Translations under genes and position numbers: made by a program
The notes under the pieces: model-generated
Databases searched by the model: none
What the model was told of the DNA's origin: nothing
The model's input: only the letters and a program-made list of their open reading frames with translations
Shown here: piece by piece, positions 38,562-48,937 of the stretch
How positions within the stretch are numbered: position 1 is the stretch's first letter
How the letters are laid out: the number at the start of each line of letters is the position of its first letter
Assembly: GCA_038043045.1 (NCBI GenBank)
Contig: JBBTCX010000101.1
Coordinates: forward strand, 373-64,372
Origin: Planctomycetota bacterium
GTDB lineage: Bacteria; Planctomycetota; Phycisphaerae; UBA1845
Direction of reading: 5' to 3'
DNA length: 64,000 nt

Positions 38562-39209
38562 ATGGCCGACGCGGCAGCAGTCCAAAAAGCAGATGCACCG
38601 GCCCCTGGGCAAAAGAAAAAGGGGGGCTTGTTTCCTTGGATGATAGTCGGTTCACTGATGTTCGGTCAGGGGATCGGGGTTTTCTTTTTAGCTCGCGCGC
38701 TTTCTCCGGGTCCCGCAACTGCCGCAGCCGAGGAAGCTCGCGCGGCGCCTGAGGGCGAACATGCGCCGGCTGACGGACATGAAAAACCCGCTCACGCGGA
38801 TTCCGGCAATCACGGGGACAGTGGCAGTGGCCATGATAGCCACGGTGCCAGTACTGGAAGCGAAGGTTCCCCTATGTCGCCCAATGAGCAAATGGAAGTC
38901 AAGCTGGCTGAATGCAAGACCGTGAACAAGGGAACGGGAAAGCTGGTACTCTTCCACATGCGCGTAACAGCACTGGTATCTGGCGCGGACGCCGAACGAG
39001 CCAAGAAGCTCATAGAAGCCAAACAAGGTCGCATCGACGATCGTGTCAATACTGTTATCCGCAGTGCAGAGCCGCAACAGCTTAATGAACCGGGACTCCA
39101 AACGCTGAAGCGTCGATTCAAGTTCGAATTCGATCGAATTTTTGAAGATGACAAGCTGGTCAAAGAAGTTCTCATTCCACATATTGTGCAATCCGGGTCC
39201 GGTCTTTGA
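38562..39209 (+). CDS. fliL: flagellar basal body-associated protein FliL
   Basis: It has a TM helix and a C-terminal FliL domain (LVLFHMRVTALV...RIDDRVNTVIRSAEPQQLNEPGLQTLKRRF). GGAGG RBS. Confidence 0.8.
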   Translation: MADAAAVQKADAPAPGQKKKGGLFPWMIVGSLMFGQGIGVFFLARALSPGPATAAAEEARAAPEGEHAPADGHEKPAHADSGNHGDSGSGHDSHGASTGSEGSPMSPNEQMEVKLAECKTVNKGTGKLVLFHMRVTALVSGADAERAKKLIEAKQGRIDDRVNTVIRSAEPQQLNEPGLQTLKRRFKFEFDRIFEDDKLVKEVLIPHIVQSGSGL

Positions 39210-39305
39210 TTGTCGGGCTCTTCCGTGCTACGCCGATACTAAGCAAAATGACCGGCGGTGTTGGAATTTGCCGCCTGACGTACGGAAATTGCGCGGAATC
39301 AATCA

Positions 39306-39974
39306 GTGGCTGAGTTTCATTCGGGATCGGCCAACCCGGCGGAGCCGGGAAACGATCCCATACAATCCAGTTCGAATAGTCCGTCGTTGGAAGCAACCGA
39401 CGGAGGCGGAGGCGATTCCGCTGCCACGAAAACATCACAGCCAAACGACGATCCCATCAACCAATCCGATATCGATGCACTCTTGAATTCTCTGTCCGAT
39501 GAAACGGCTGAGCCGTCTTCGTTCAGCGCGGTCGCCACGGCGCCGGCTGTGCCAGACGGTCGTGTGGATTCCCTCGGTCGACCGTTTGACGAAGTCGCCG
39601 CGGCCATGCAAGCCGCCATTGAAGAGGAAGAAGAGTTGTCTCGTTCGTCTCCTCCCTTGCAACCTACGTCGTTTACCCTTCCAGACATTGAGGCGCCGGA
39701 TGTTACAGCGGCGGATATGAAGCGAGTGACGCTTCTTCACGACGTGAACTTGCGGGTCAAAATCGAATTGGGTCGAACGAGAATGCTGGTGGAGGATGTG
39801 TTGCGGCTCGGGGAGGGGAGCGTGGTGGAGTTGGATAAGGCGGCCGGCGACCCCGTGGATGTCTACGTGAATGACCGTCTCATCGCTCGAGGCGAAGTCC
39901 TCGTTCTTAACGATAGTTTTTGTGTCCGGATTAGTGAGGTTCTTTCGCATGATCCCCATCGAGTGGGTGCGTGA
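39306..39974 (+). CDS. fliN: flagellar motor switch protein FliN (FliY-like extended N-terminus)
   Basis: The C-terminal SpoA domain is [55 protein letters not shown]. The N-terminal peptide is [16 protein letters not shown] start. Confidence 0.85.
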   Translation: MAEFHSGSANPAEPGNDPIQSSSNSPSLEATDGGGGDSAATKTSQPNDDPINQSDIDALLNSLSDETAEPSSFSAVATAPAVPDGRVDSLGRPFDEVAAAMQAAIEEEEELSRSSPPLQPTSFTLPDIEAPDVTAADMKRVTLLHDVNLRVKIELGRTRMLVEDVLRLGEGSVVELDKAAGDPVDVYVNDRLIARGEVLVLNDSFCVRISEVLSHDPHRVGA

Positions 39975-40019
39975 TAGGGCGATCGAGGTTTTTCGGGCAA
40001 GAAGCCGAGATATTCGAAA

Positions 40020-40877
40020 ATGTGTTCCATGTTGATGAATCATTCCATCAGCCTAGCCACGATCGTTTTGTGCCAGACGATGGCATCCACTGAGATGGGA
40101 CCGCCGGTCCCTACGCCGGCAGTTTCGCCTAACCAAGCCGCTACCATCGAGGAGACGGTTGATCTGAATCCAGCTCCGGCGACCGTGGCAGAAGCGAGCG
40201 TTAAGGAGGATAATGCCAACAAAGAGCCAGCCGCGAAGGATGGTTTGATCCCGGTGGCGATCAAGAACAAGGCAAGCGAGGCCGACGATCGGACGCGCAT
40301 GATGCGTCGAGGAATGGCGTCACTCGATGGCATGGTCGGTCCAAGCGAAAAGCAGATACCTTGGTATCGCACGGGTTGGGGATCGCTCATCGTGGTTCTG
40401 TCGCTTCTAGCCTTGTTGGCTGCCTTGGCACGCCGGTTTTTTCCAACCGCGAGGATCGCGGAGAGTGGCGCCCTTCGTGTGGTTGCCCGTTCGGCGATAT
40501 CCACCAAGCATAGTGTCGCCTTGATCCAGTTCGGTCGACGCTTTTTGCTGTTGGGGATGTCGCCGGAGGGAATTCAGTGTCTCAGTGAAGTCTCGGAATC
40601 CACCGAAGTTGCGGAGTTGCTGGTACGGTTGAGCACGGCCGGAGGTTCATCACGAAATCTGGTCCAAACGGAGTTCGAGGAGCTCTTGCGGACGGAATCT
40701 CGAGAATATCAAGAACCGATCTCGGAAATAGACTCATCGCCCTCCAACGCCGCGAAAGAAAACGCCGTCAAAGGAAAACCGTTGCACGATTTGTTGAATC
40801 GGTTGCATCAATTACAGGCGCGGTTTTCGAACGAAGAGGCGATTCGACCGTCGCAATTGAAAGGGACGAGCCCATAG
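40020..40877 (+). CDS. fliO: flagellar biosynthesis protein FliO (long form)
   Basis: It has a single TM helix WGSLIVVLSLLALLAALA followed by the FliO core LRVVARSAISTKHSVALIQFGRRFLLLGMSPEGIQCLSEV. It sits immediately before fliP. Confidence 0.65.
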   Translation: MCSMLMNHSISLATIVLCQTMASTEMGPPVPTPAVSPNQAATIEETVDLNPAPATVAEASVKEDNANKEPAAKDGLIPVAIKNKASEADDRTRMMRRGMASLDGMVGPSEKQIPWYRTGWGSLIVVLSLLALLAALARRFFPTARIAESGALRVVARSAISTKHSVALIQFGRRFLLLGMSPEGIQCLSEVSESTEVAELLVRLSTAGGSSRNLVQTEFEELLRTESREYQEPISEIDSSPSNAAKENAVKGKPLHDLLNRLHQLQARFSNEEAIRPSQLKGTSP

Positions 40878-41052
40878 GCCTCGTCCAAGGGCGAGTGAAG
40901 AGGCAACCGGGTCGATCGATGAGTTCGAGATCGGCCTCTTCATAACGGGTTACGAAACGACCTCATGGATGGGGTCGGAGCATGGCGCGTTGGAGCTGCG
41001 CGTGAAGAACATAAGAGTCGGACAAATCGACCGATCTTGGCCGTTGAAGGTC

Positions 41053-41823
41053 ATGGTGCTAGCCATCGCCTTCGTTGCGCCGACGTATGGTCAAACCGCG
41101 CCGATTCTGAACAACCCTCTGGGCATTCCCGACGTCAGTCGAATTCTCCCCCCGGCCGGCGATCCTCAAACGGTCAGCACGTCGCTCCAAATCCTCGTGC
41201 TTTTGACTGTTCTCACGCTCATTCCATCCATTCTCGTCATGGTGACGTCTTTCCCGCGCATCATCATCGTGCTCGGTTTGCTTCGTCAGGCGATCGGCGT
41301 GCCCCAACTTCCCCCTGGTCAGATTCTGTTGGCGCTATCTCTATTTCTGACCGTTCTGGTTATGGCGCCGACTTGGCAAGCGATCCATGTCGAGGCTGTT
41401 CAACCCTACTTCGACAACCGCCTCGGACAGGAGCAGGCCATGACCATCGCTTCTCACCACTTGAAAAATTTCATGCACCGTCAAATAGATCAAGCGGGGA
41501 ATCAAGAAGACATTTATTTGTTTCTGGAATATTCCCAAAGGCAACCGATTCCGCAGGGGACGACGCTGAGCCTAGAAGACGTTCCGCTATCGGCCATGAT
41601 CCCCGCGTTTCTCTTGAGCGAACTCAAAACGGCTTTCATCATGGGTTTTCGGATTTACTTACCGTTCTTGGTCATCGATATGGTCATCGCCACGATCCTC
41701 GTGTCGATGGGCATGATGATGTTGCCGCCGGTATTGATTTCGTTGCCGTTCAAACTGTTGCTGTTTGTGCTGGCCGATGGCTGGCGACTCGTAGTGGAGA
41801 CCTTGATGCACAGCTTTGTCTAG
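41053..41823 (+). CDS. fliP: flagellar type III export pore protein FliP
   Basis: ORF 40969..41823, with the probable start at 41053 (MVLAIAFVAP signal). Motifs are FPRIIIVLGLLRQAIG and FLLSELKTAFIMGFRIYLPFLVIDMVIATILVSMGMMMLPP. Confidence 0.92.
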   Translation: MVLAIAFVAPTYGQTAPILNNPLGIPDVSRILPPAGDPQTVSTSLQILVLLTVLTLIPSILVMVTSFPRIIIVLGLLRQAIGVPQLPPGQILLALSLFLTVLVMAPTWQAIHVEAVQPYFDNRLGQEQAMTIASHHLKNFMHRQIDQAGNQEDIYLFLEYSQRQPIPQGTTLSLEDVPLSAMIPAFLLSELKTAFIMGFRIYLPFLVIDMVIATILVSMGMMMLPPVLISLPFKLLLFVLADGWRLVVETLMHSFV

Positions 41824-41891
41824 GGTGCCGACAAACCCGAAAGAATGGCTGTGTCGCAGACCGCGGTCAACCCGAGAAAAAGGACCCGACT

Positions 41892-42152
41892 ATGGAGCTT
41901 ACTCATGCGATGGAGTTGGGGCGAGACGCCTTGTGGATGACGATCGTCATGTCGGCGCCGATTCTCGTTATCGGATTGGTGGTCGGCCTGGTCATCGCCT
42001 TGTTCCAAGCCGTCACCCAGCTTCAAGAGCAAACGTTAACCTTTGTTCCGAAGATTGCGGCCATGATCGCCGCCGCCGTGCTCTTTATCCCCTGGATTAC
42101 GGAGCAAATGATCGAGTATTCCCGCAAACTGTTTACGGGGATGCCATGGTAG
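41892..42152 (+). CDS. fliQ: flagellar type III export protein FliQ
   Basis: These are the last 86 codons of track ORF 40965..42152 (MELTHAMELGRDALWMTIVMSAPILVIGLVVGLVIALFQAVTQLQEQTLTFVPK). The upstream part of that ORF is an out-of-frame shadow of fliP. Confidence 0.9.
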   Translation: MELTHAMELGRDALWMTIVMSAPILVIGLVVGLVIALFQAVTQLQEQTLTFVPKIAAMIAAAVLFIPWITEQMIEYSRKLFTGMPW

Positions 42153-42189
42153 TTCGGTCCATTGTGGCTTCCGGCCACGTGAGCGTTTC

Positions 42190-42990
42190 ATGACCAACTC
42201 TCTGATGAATGTTGTTTTCGCGTTGCCGGTATTTGCGCTGGTTCTATTTCGTATCACGGGCTTGCTCATTTCCGCGCCGCTCTTTGCGAGCACGCTGATG
42301 CCGGTCCGTGTTCGAATCGGTCTTGCCCTGGCCTTGGCGATGTTGGTGTTCCCTTTGGTGGTCCGACAGGCCCCCTCCGATCTCACTTTCTCCCAGGCCA
42401 TCCTAGGTGGGTTCGGAGAGTTGGTAATCGGCGTCGCCATAGGCCTGGGTGTGATGTTGTTGGTGAGTACCGTGGAGGTCACCGGTCTCATTCTCGGTCA
42501 ACAAGCGGGCATGTCCTTGGGCGAAGTATTCAACCCGACGCTCGAAGAGCAAACCTCCGTGGTTGCCCAGGTCTACAGCGTTTCGTTCATGGTGCTTTTC
42601 TTATTGGCTGGGGGACATCGCGCCGCCGTAGTGGCAGTCCTTGACACATTTCAGCGTATCCCTCTTCTTGCATTTCGCTTCGATGAATCGCTGCTGGAGC
42701 TTTTGATCGAGCTTCTTTCATCCGTATTCATTCTTGGGTTGCGACTAGCCGGTCCCGTCCTTCTCGCGCTTTTTCTGACCGAATGCGCGCTGGCGTTGGT
42801 TTCTCGTACGATGCCGCAACTGAACATCTTGACCATTGGTTTTGCAACCCGCGCACTCCTTGCCATTGGATTGGCGGCCTTGGTCATCAGCCTTTCCACT
42901 CAAACCTTGCTGGATGCCATGACAGATTCTTTCGACTTCATTCGTGCCACACTCGGTTTACCTCCTAGCAATCGTGGATGGGTGATCTGA
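42190..42990 (+). CDS. fliR: flagellar type III export protein FliR
   Basis: 266 aa and polytopic. It contains the FRITGLLISAPLF motif. Confidence 0.88.
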   Translation: MTNSLMNVVFALPVFALVLFRITGLLISAPLFASTLMPVRVRIGLALALAMLVFPLVVRQAPSDLTFSQAILGGFGELVIGVAIGLGVMLLVSTVEVTGLILGQQAGMSLGEVFNPTLEEQTSVVAQVYSVSFMVLFLLAGGHRAAVVAVLDTFQRIPLLAFRFDESLLELLIELLSSVFILGLRLAGPVLLALFLTECALALVSRTMPQLNILTIGFATRALLAIGLAALVISLSTQTLLDAMTDSFDFIRATLGLPPSNRGWVI

Positions 42991-44069
42991 TGCCCGAACG
43001 AGATGAACGAACCGAACCTGCAACCCCACGCCGGCGCGCCGAGGCCCGCATGCGCGGGCAAATCGCAAAGAGTCACGACCTGGTTGTGGCTTCGATCCTC
43101 CTCGCCGGTTTCGTGGCTCTTGAGCTTGCCGGTGGTCGAATTTGGTCCTCGATGCTATCGATCATGAAGTCCGCACTCTCGCCGCAAGAACCCTGGAGTC
43201 TTGCGGAAACTTTGCCCTTTACTCTCGCCGCTTCGTCGGAAACAGGTTGGCGACTCGCCCCGGTACTTCTGGCCGTCGCTGCGGCCGCGTTCGTCGTGCT
43301 CTTTGCCCAAACCGGACCGCTCCTCACCTTTGAACCGATCACTCCCAGTCTTAGCAAGATCAACCCGTTGCAAGGAATCGCCCGGCTGTTCTCGGTGAAT
43401 TCAATCGTTCACACGCTTATGAACATCGCCAAATTGGTCCTGGTCGCGTCGGTCGGTTATGCAGCCGTGGCGAGCTACATTCCCGCCGTGATACACGCCT
43501 TTACTCTCGGCCACATGGAGCAGTTTCACCTTGGGGCGAAGTTGACGTTCCGACTGGGGATCACCATTTCGACGGCCTTATTCATCCTGGCGCTTTTCGA
43601 TTTTGCCTACCAGCGATTGAGACATGAACGAAGCCTCCGCATGACCAAGGAAGAAGTCAAGGATGAGCTCCGCAACATGGAAGGCGACCCCGGTATCAAA
43701 AGACGCCGAAGGCAGCTTCAGCTTCAGTTCATGACCCAACGCCTTCGAAAAGATGTTCCGAAAGCCCATGTCGTCGTCACCAATCCCACGCACGTGGCGA
43801 TCGCGATTGCCTATGACAGCGCCAGCATGAGCGCGCCCAAAGTCGTGGCCAAAGGGGCAGATGAGATCGCGTTGCGGATTCGCCAGATCGCGCAACAACA
43901 TGGCATTCCCATCGTCGAGAAAAAGCCGCTGGCCAGAGCGCTCTATGACGCCGTCGAGGTGGGACAATTCATACCGGAGCGATTTTACCAAGCGATCGCG
44001 GAGATTTTGGCGTACGTGTACGAACTGACGGGACGATACCCGCTTGCGGCGGGGACCGAGGCAAGGTGA
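42990..44069 (+). CDS. flhB: flagellar type III export switch protein FlhB
   Basis: ORF 42978..44069. MTKEEVKDELRNMEGDPGIKRRRRQ and the NPTH autocleavage site (VVVTNPTHVAIAI) are present. Confidence 0.92.
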   Translation: MPERDERTEPATPRRRAEARMRGQIAKSHDLVVASILLAGFVALELAGGRIWSSMLSIMKSALSPQEPWSLAETLPFTLAASSETGWRLAPVLLAVAAAAFVVLFAQTGPLLTFEPITPSLSKINPLQGIARLFSVNSIVHTLMNIAKLVLVASVGYAAVASYIPAVIHAFTLGHMEQFHLGAKLTFRLGITISTALFILALFDFAYQRLRHERSLRMTKEEVKDELRNMEGDPGIKRRRRQLQLQFMTQRLRKDVPKAHVVVTNPTHVAIAIAYDSASMSAPKVVAKGADEIALRIRQIAQQHGIPIVEKKPLARALYDAVEVGQFIPERFYQAIAEILAYVYELTGRYPLAAGTEAR

Positions 44070-44153
44070 ACAGAAATCAGGTGCCACTGATTTTGAGCAG
44101 TGGTTCGGTTGCGTGACGCGGTACCCGAAAGGATCGCCGCGAAAGAATACAGG

Positions 44154-46232
44154 ATGGGCATGGATCGCAAGTCGATAGCCAAATGGATTCCCGCCACCGT
44201 GGCCAAGTACCACGGCTTGGCACTTCCCGTATTTGCCCTCGCCCTGGTTCTCGTCATTCTCATTCCTTTGCCGACTTCGATTTTGGATCTTCTTCTCATG
44301 GTGAACATCGCGCTATCAGGTGTCGTGCTGTTGACCGTGATGTACATGGGCGGACCGTTGGAGTTTTCCTCGTTTCCGTCGTTGCTTTTGGGGTTGACCC
44401 TCTTTCGACTCGTCTTAAATATCGCCACGACGCGGCTCGTTCTTACACACGGTAATGCCGGTCAAGTGGTGGCCACCTTCGGCGGATTTGTGGCTCGAGG
44501 GTCGCTCATTGTCGCTACGGTGATCTTCATCATCATCGTGGTCATTCAATTCGTGGTCATCACCAAAGGCGCCACGCGCATCGCCGAAGTGGCCGCGAGA
44601 TTCACTCTCGACGGCATGCCCGGAAAACAGATGGCCGTTGACGCCGATCTCAACGCCGGGACGATCACGGATGAGGAAGCCAAGCGACGACGCGGTGACA
44701 TCACCCGCGAAGCGGATTTCTACGGAGCGATGGACGGTGCCAGCAAATTCGTCCGTGGCGACGCGATTGCCGGCGTGATCATCACCATTGTCAACATTCT
44801 AGGCGGCATTTATGTCGGTCTTGTCGAAATGAACCTGCCGTTGCGTGAAACGCTGCGCCGCTTCACGGTCCTTACCATCGGTGACGGACTGGTGTCCCAA
44901 ATACCGGCATTCATCGTTTCCGTGGCCGCTGCCATGATCGTGACGCGATCCGCGGCCAAGAAAAACTTGGGCGACGAATTGCTGGGCCAACTGGTCAGTC
45001 AACCCATCGCCCTATCCATGACTGCGGGATTTCTTCTCTTGCTTGCTTTCACCCCGTTGCCCAAACCGCCAATCATTTTGATGGCCGCTTCCGCGATTGG
45101 GCTCGCCCTCACGCTTTCCAAGCGTAATCAACTCGCCCTTGCAGCGGCCACGACAAAAGGCAAAGTCGTGCAACCAGAACGCGTGGAGAAACATCTCGCT
45201 CCCGATCCGATGGAGCTCGAAGTCGGATACGGCCTCATTCGTCTTGTCGACCGCAAACAAGGCGGCGATCTTCTCGATCGCATCACCAATCTCCGCCGTC
45301 ACATGGCCCAGGAACTGGGCATTGTCGTTCCGCCTATTCGCATTCGCGATGAAATTCGTCTTCAGCCCAACCAATTTAAGGTCAAGCTTCGCGGATTGGA
45401 GATCGGCGCTGGCGAAATCATGCCGGGCCATTTGTTGGCGATTAACCCCGGCACCGTCACTGGACCGCTTCGTGGCACGGAGACCAAGGAACCGGCGTTT
45501 GGTCTGCCGGCGCTTTGGATCGCCGAAGACCTTCGTCACGAAGCCCAGCATAAGAATTACACGGTCGTCGAAGCCTCCAGCGTCGTCAGCACGTACTTGA
45601 CCGAAATCATCCGACGCCATGCGGACGAACTGTTGACCCGACAAGAAGTCAGTCGACTCCTCGATCACTTGAAGGAACGAGCGGCCAAGCTCGTCGAGGA
45701 AGTCGTTCCTACCGTGCTCAAACCGGGAGAAATCCAGCGAGTTCTTCAGATGCTATTGCGAGAGCGCGTTCCCATCCGCGATTTGGAGACGATTGTGGAA
45801 GCTGTCGCCGATGTCGCTGGTCGAACCAAGGACGCGGAAATCCTTACAGAATACGCACGCGCCGCTCTCGCCCGTACGCTTTGTCATCAACATCGTGCCG
45901 ACGACGGCAAGATTCATTGCATCACTCTCGATCCGGCGGTGGAGGAATTGCTGACCAAAGGCGCGACGCGCTCCGATCAAGGTCAGCCGTTTCATCTTCC
46001 TCCGCAAGTCCAGACGAGAATTGTGAAAGCGATCCAAGCCCAAGTGGAAAAGGCTACGACAGCCATCCGTGGCCGACCGCCCATTGTGCTGTGCCCGCCC
46101 CAGATTCGGTCCTACGTTCGGCGACTGATCGAAGCCACAAGGCCTGCGGTCGCCGTTTTGTCTTACAACGAAATCGTGCGTGGGTTCGAAGTGGAAACCC
46201 ACGGGATGGTGGTAATCACGGATGAAGGTTAA
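44154..46232 (+). CDS. flhA: flagellar type III export gate protein FlhA
   Basis: ORF 44100..46232, with the probable start MGMDRKS at 44154. Motifs are FVVITKGATRIAEVAARFTLDGMPGKQMAVDADL and FYGAMDGASKFVRGDAIAG. Confidence 0.93.
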   Translation: MGMDRKSIAKWIPATVAKYHGLALPVFALALVLVILIPLPTSILDLLLMVNIALSGVVLLTVMYMGGPLEFSSFPSLLLGLTLFRLVLNIATTRLVLTHGNAGQVVATFGGFVARGSLIVATVIFIIIVVIQFVVITKGATRIAEVAARFTLDGMPGKQMAVDADLNAGTITDEEAKRRRGDITREADFYGAMDGASKFVRGDAIAGVIITIVNILGGIYVGLVEMNLPLRETLRRFTVLTIGDGLVSQIPAFIVSVAAAMIVTRSAAKKNLGDELLGQLVSQPIALSMTAGFLLLLAFTPLPKPPIILMAASAIGLALTLSKRNQLALAAATTKGKVVQPERVEKHLAPDPMELEVGYGLIRLVDRKQGGDLLDRITNLRRHMAQELGIVVPPIRIRDEIRLQPNQFKVKLRGLEIGAGEIMPGHLLAINPGTVTGPLRGTETKEPAFGLPALWIAEDLRHEAQHKNYTVVEASSVVSTYLTEIIRRHADELLTRQEVSRLLDHLKERAAKLVEEVVPTVLKPGEIQRVLQMLLRERVPIRDLETIVEAVADVAGRTKDAEILTEYARAALARTLCHQHRADDGKIHCITLDPAVEELLTKGATRSDQGQPFHLPPQVQTRIVKAIQAQVEKATTAIRGRPPIVLCPPQIRSYVRRLIEATRPAVAVLSYNEIVRGFEVETHGMVVITDEG

Positions 46233-47415
46233 AACCTTTCGCGCAAAAACGATGGCCGATGCCCTGGCCCAGGTCAAGCGACACCTGGGACCCGAAGCGG
46301 TCATTTTGACGACTCGAACTATTTCTCGAAATCGACTTCTCGGTTTGGGAGCGAGTTCCGACGTGGAAATCACCGCCGCACAAGCCCCTCGCGGTTTTCC
46401 GAAACTCTCCCCGCGTCCGAGAGTGGCGCCCAAACCGCCCATTGCTGCTCTAACCGAAGCTCGGGACGAACTCGAAGTACCGACCACAGGATTTGAAAAC
46501 TCTGCAAGGACGTCGAATTCAGCCGTTCTGACCGAGCTTGGCAACTTGCGATCCATGGTGTCCGACCTACTTCGTGAATCACGCCGAACCCAACTCGGCG
46601 ACCTGCCGGACCCTTTGTACGATTGCTATCTTACCCTTGTCCGAAATGACGTGTCGGAGCAAACGGCCAAGAAACTCGTGGACGACGCCCGTCGAGCAAT
46701 GTCCCCTGAAAACTTGAATCTGCATGAAGCGATCCGCGATTTTCTCGCGACCGCCGTTCAATCGTTGCTTCCTACGGGGGGGCCGATTCGGATTACAAAT
46801 ACGAATCAACCCACCGTCGTCGCCCTGGTCGGTCCGACCGGCGTCGGTAAAACCACCACCATTGCCAAGCTGGCCGCGAACTTCTGTCTTCGAGACCACT
46901 GCAAAGTTGGCCTTGTCACTATTGACACGTATCGAATCGCCGCCGTGGATCAACTCCGCACCTATGCGGACATCATCAACGTTCCCCTCGAAGTCGTGAT
47001 GACCCCGGCACAACTCCGCGATGCCCTGCAAAAACTATCAAGATGCGACATCGTCTTGATTGACACCGCCGGTCGCGGTCAACGCGACGCCATCAAAATT
47101 AAAGAGCTACAACGGTTCTTTTCCATCGCCAAACCAAGCGAGATCCACCTCGTTTTATCCACCACCACGGGAGATTCGGTCCTCATGGAAACGATGGATC
47201 GGTTCAAGGACATCGGCCCGGACCGCTTGATTTTTACAAAACTGGATGAAGCCGTCGGCTTCGGCGGCATGCTGGGTTGTTTGAGTCGAGCCAATAACCG
47301 ACTTTCCTACGTGACTACCGGACAGGACGTGCCCGACGATATCGCCGTGGCCGATGCAGGCATGCTCGCGGGCCGAATAGTCAACGGTTCGTCAAGGAAT
47401 GCCACAAAACCATGA
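46222..47415 (+). CDS. flhF: flagellar biosynthesis GTPase FlhF (SRP family)
   Basis: G1 is LVGPTGVGKTTTIAKLA. G3 is DTAGR. It also has the FTKLDE motif. Confidence 0.9.
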   Translation: MKVKTFRAKTMADALAQVKRHLGPEAVILTTRTISRNRLLGLGASSDVEITAAQAPRGFPKLSPRPRVAPKPPIAALTEARDELEVPTTGFENSARTSNSAVLTELGNLRSMVSDLLRESRRTQLGDLPDPLYDCYLTLVRNDVSEQTAKKLVDDARRAMSPENLNLHEAIRDFLATAVQSLLPTGGPIRITNTNQPTVVALVGPTGVGKTTTIAKLAANFCLRDHCKVGLVTIDTYRIAAVDQLRTYADIINVPLEVVMTPAQLRDALQKLSRCDIVLIDTAGRGQRDAIKIKELQRFFSIAKPSEIHLVLSTTTGDSVLMETMDRFKDIGPDRLIFTKLDEAVGFGGMLGCLSRANNRLSYVTTGQDVPDDIAVADAGMLAGRIVNGSSRNATKP

Positions 47416-47464
47416 GGTCATTGGTTTCAAAATCCGAGGATTCAGGAAACGCTAGGAGTCGGCC

Positions 47465-48334
47465 TTGTCTCACCCGGTGAAAGCACCATCCGGCGATCAA
47501 GCCAGTCGCCTTCGCGAACTGGTGCGAAAGCAGACCCGCTCTGCCCTCGTTTTAGCCATCATCAGCGGAAAAGGCGGCGTCGGAAAGACCAATGTGGCCG
47601 TCAATCTCTCCATTTGTCTGTCTTCTCATTCCATGAAAGTTACCTTGGTCGACGTCGATCTGGGACTGGCCAACGCCGACCTCTTGATGGACTTGCATTC
47701 GCAATACACGCTCGCCCATGTCCTCACCGGACACAAGACGATCGAGGAAATCACCACCCCCGGACCGGCGGGAATTCGTTTTATTGCAGGTGCATCTGGA
47801 ATTCCCGAATCCGCCAACCTTTCCGATTTCGAGCGCGAAAACCTGATCTACCAACTCCACAAGCTCGAAACCAGTACTGATATCGTGGTTCTCGATTGCG
47901 GGGCGGGAATATCCAAGAACGTTTTGGGTTTCGCACAACACGCCGACCAAGTCTTGGTTGTGACTACTCCGCAACCCACAGCACTCACCGACGCCTACGC
48001 TGCCATCAAGTCTCTCCACCGCCTAAACTGTCCGGGACAGGTCGGACTCATCGTTAATATGACCACCAGCCGCGCCGAAGCCGAAGCAACCTATCGGCGC
48101 CTCGCACAAGTTTCGCGCAAATTTCTCAACTTTTCTGTTGCGGACTTCGGTTTCTTGTTGCAAGATACCGTTGTGGAAGCGGCGGTTCGACAACGATGTC
48201 CCTTTGTGGTTGGGTATCCGCAGTCGAATGCCGCGGCCTGTATCGCCTCGATCGCCGGACGCTTCATACAGTTGCGATCCGGCGCGGAGAGTCGGGGCGG
48301 TTTTTTCAGACGCGTCGGCGGGTTGTTCATCTAA
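47465..48334 (+). CDS. flhG: MinD/ParA-type flagellar number regulator FlhG (FleN/YlxH)
   Basis: It has the deviant Walker A SGKGGVGKTNVAVNLS and sits after flhF. TTG start. Confidence 0.85.
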   Translation: MSHPVKAPSGDQASRLRELVRKQTRSALVLAIISGKGGVGKTNVAVNLSICLSSHSMKVTLVDVDLGLANADLLMDLHSQYTLAHVLTGHKTIEEITTPGPAGIRFIAGASGIPESANLSDFERENLIYQLHKLETSTDIVVLDCGAGISKNVLGFAQHADQVLVVTTPQPTALTDAYAAIKSLHRLNCPGQVGLIVNMTTSRAEAEATYRRLAQVSRKFLNFSVADFGFLLQDTVVEAAVRQRCPFVVGYPQSNAAACIASIAGRFIQLRSGAESRGGFFRRVGGLFI

Positions 48335-48498
48335 CTTCTTTGGGATTGTCCCATCGTAAGTGGAGGATAGCCATTTCCGGCATGGATGCCGGGAACGCGC
48401 GAGGCGGATGATTGCAGCGGAAGGACCCGTCGCAATCCTTTTCGTTGCCCTATCCGCAGTTTTTCCGTTTCCATCTTTGCGACAAGGATGTTGCGCCA

Positions 48499-48798
48499 AT
48501 GCTTTCCCGTTTCACGGCGGCAGGGTTTGGGTTGTTCGCTTTCGCCGTCGCGGTGTTGGCCGGGGTCTGGGTGAATAACCCATTTACCGTCGTTCTATCC
48601 CGTGGCCTTTTGGCGCTCATCGTGTTTTTCTTGATTGGTTTGGCGCTAGGCGCCGCCGCGGACGCCGTAGTGGCCGAACATTCCCGTACGCGGGAAGCCG
48701 GAATTCGGGAACAGGAAAATTTGGTTCAGGATCACGTGGACGAGTCAACCAAGATCGGCGCGGCAACGATTCCGGCGCCGCATCGCTCGGCGGCCTAG
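48499..48798 (+). CDS. small two-TM membrane protein between flhG and fliA (hypothetical)
   Basis: ORF 48412..48798, with an ATG at 48499. The two helices are FGLFAFAVAVLAGVWV and LLALIVFFLIGLALGAAA. Confidence 0.45.
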   Translation: MLSRFTAAGFGLFAFAVAVLAGVWVNNPFTVVLSRGLLALIVFFLIGLALGAAADAVVAEHSRTREAGIREQENLVQDHVDESTKIGAATIPAPHRSAA

Positions 48799-48937
48799 TC
48801 GTTCACGAAGGGAATCCCTCCCAGGGATTAGGGTGAGGATGCTCTGATTGGGTGCGGACTGACGCCGAAAGGCAAATCGTCGAGGACGATAAGGCCGACG
48901 GTTATCCACTTAGCAAGGAAGCGAAGGAGTAGAACGG

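Noticed and set aside
40965-41891. First ~309 codons of the 395-aa track ORF 40965..42152.
   Set aside because: This part is out of frame with fliP, which has unmistakable FliP motifs, and is Arg/Ser/His-rich. Only the last 86 codons (fliQ) are real.
48813-48829. Hairpin AATCCCT-ccc-AGGGATT after the small membrane protein gene.
   Set aside because: The stem is short, the loop is 3 nt and there is no T-tract. fliA follows and is probably co-transcribed.
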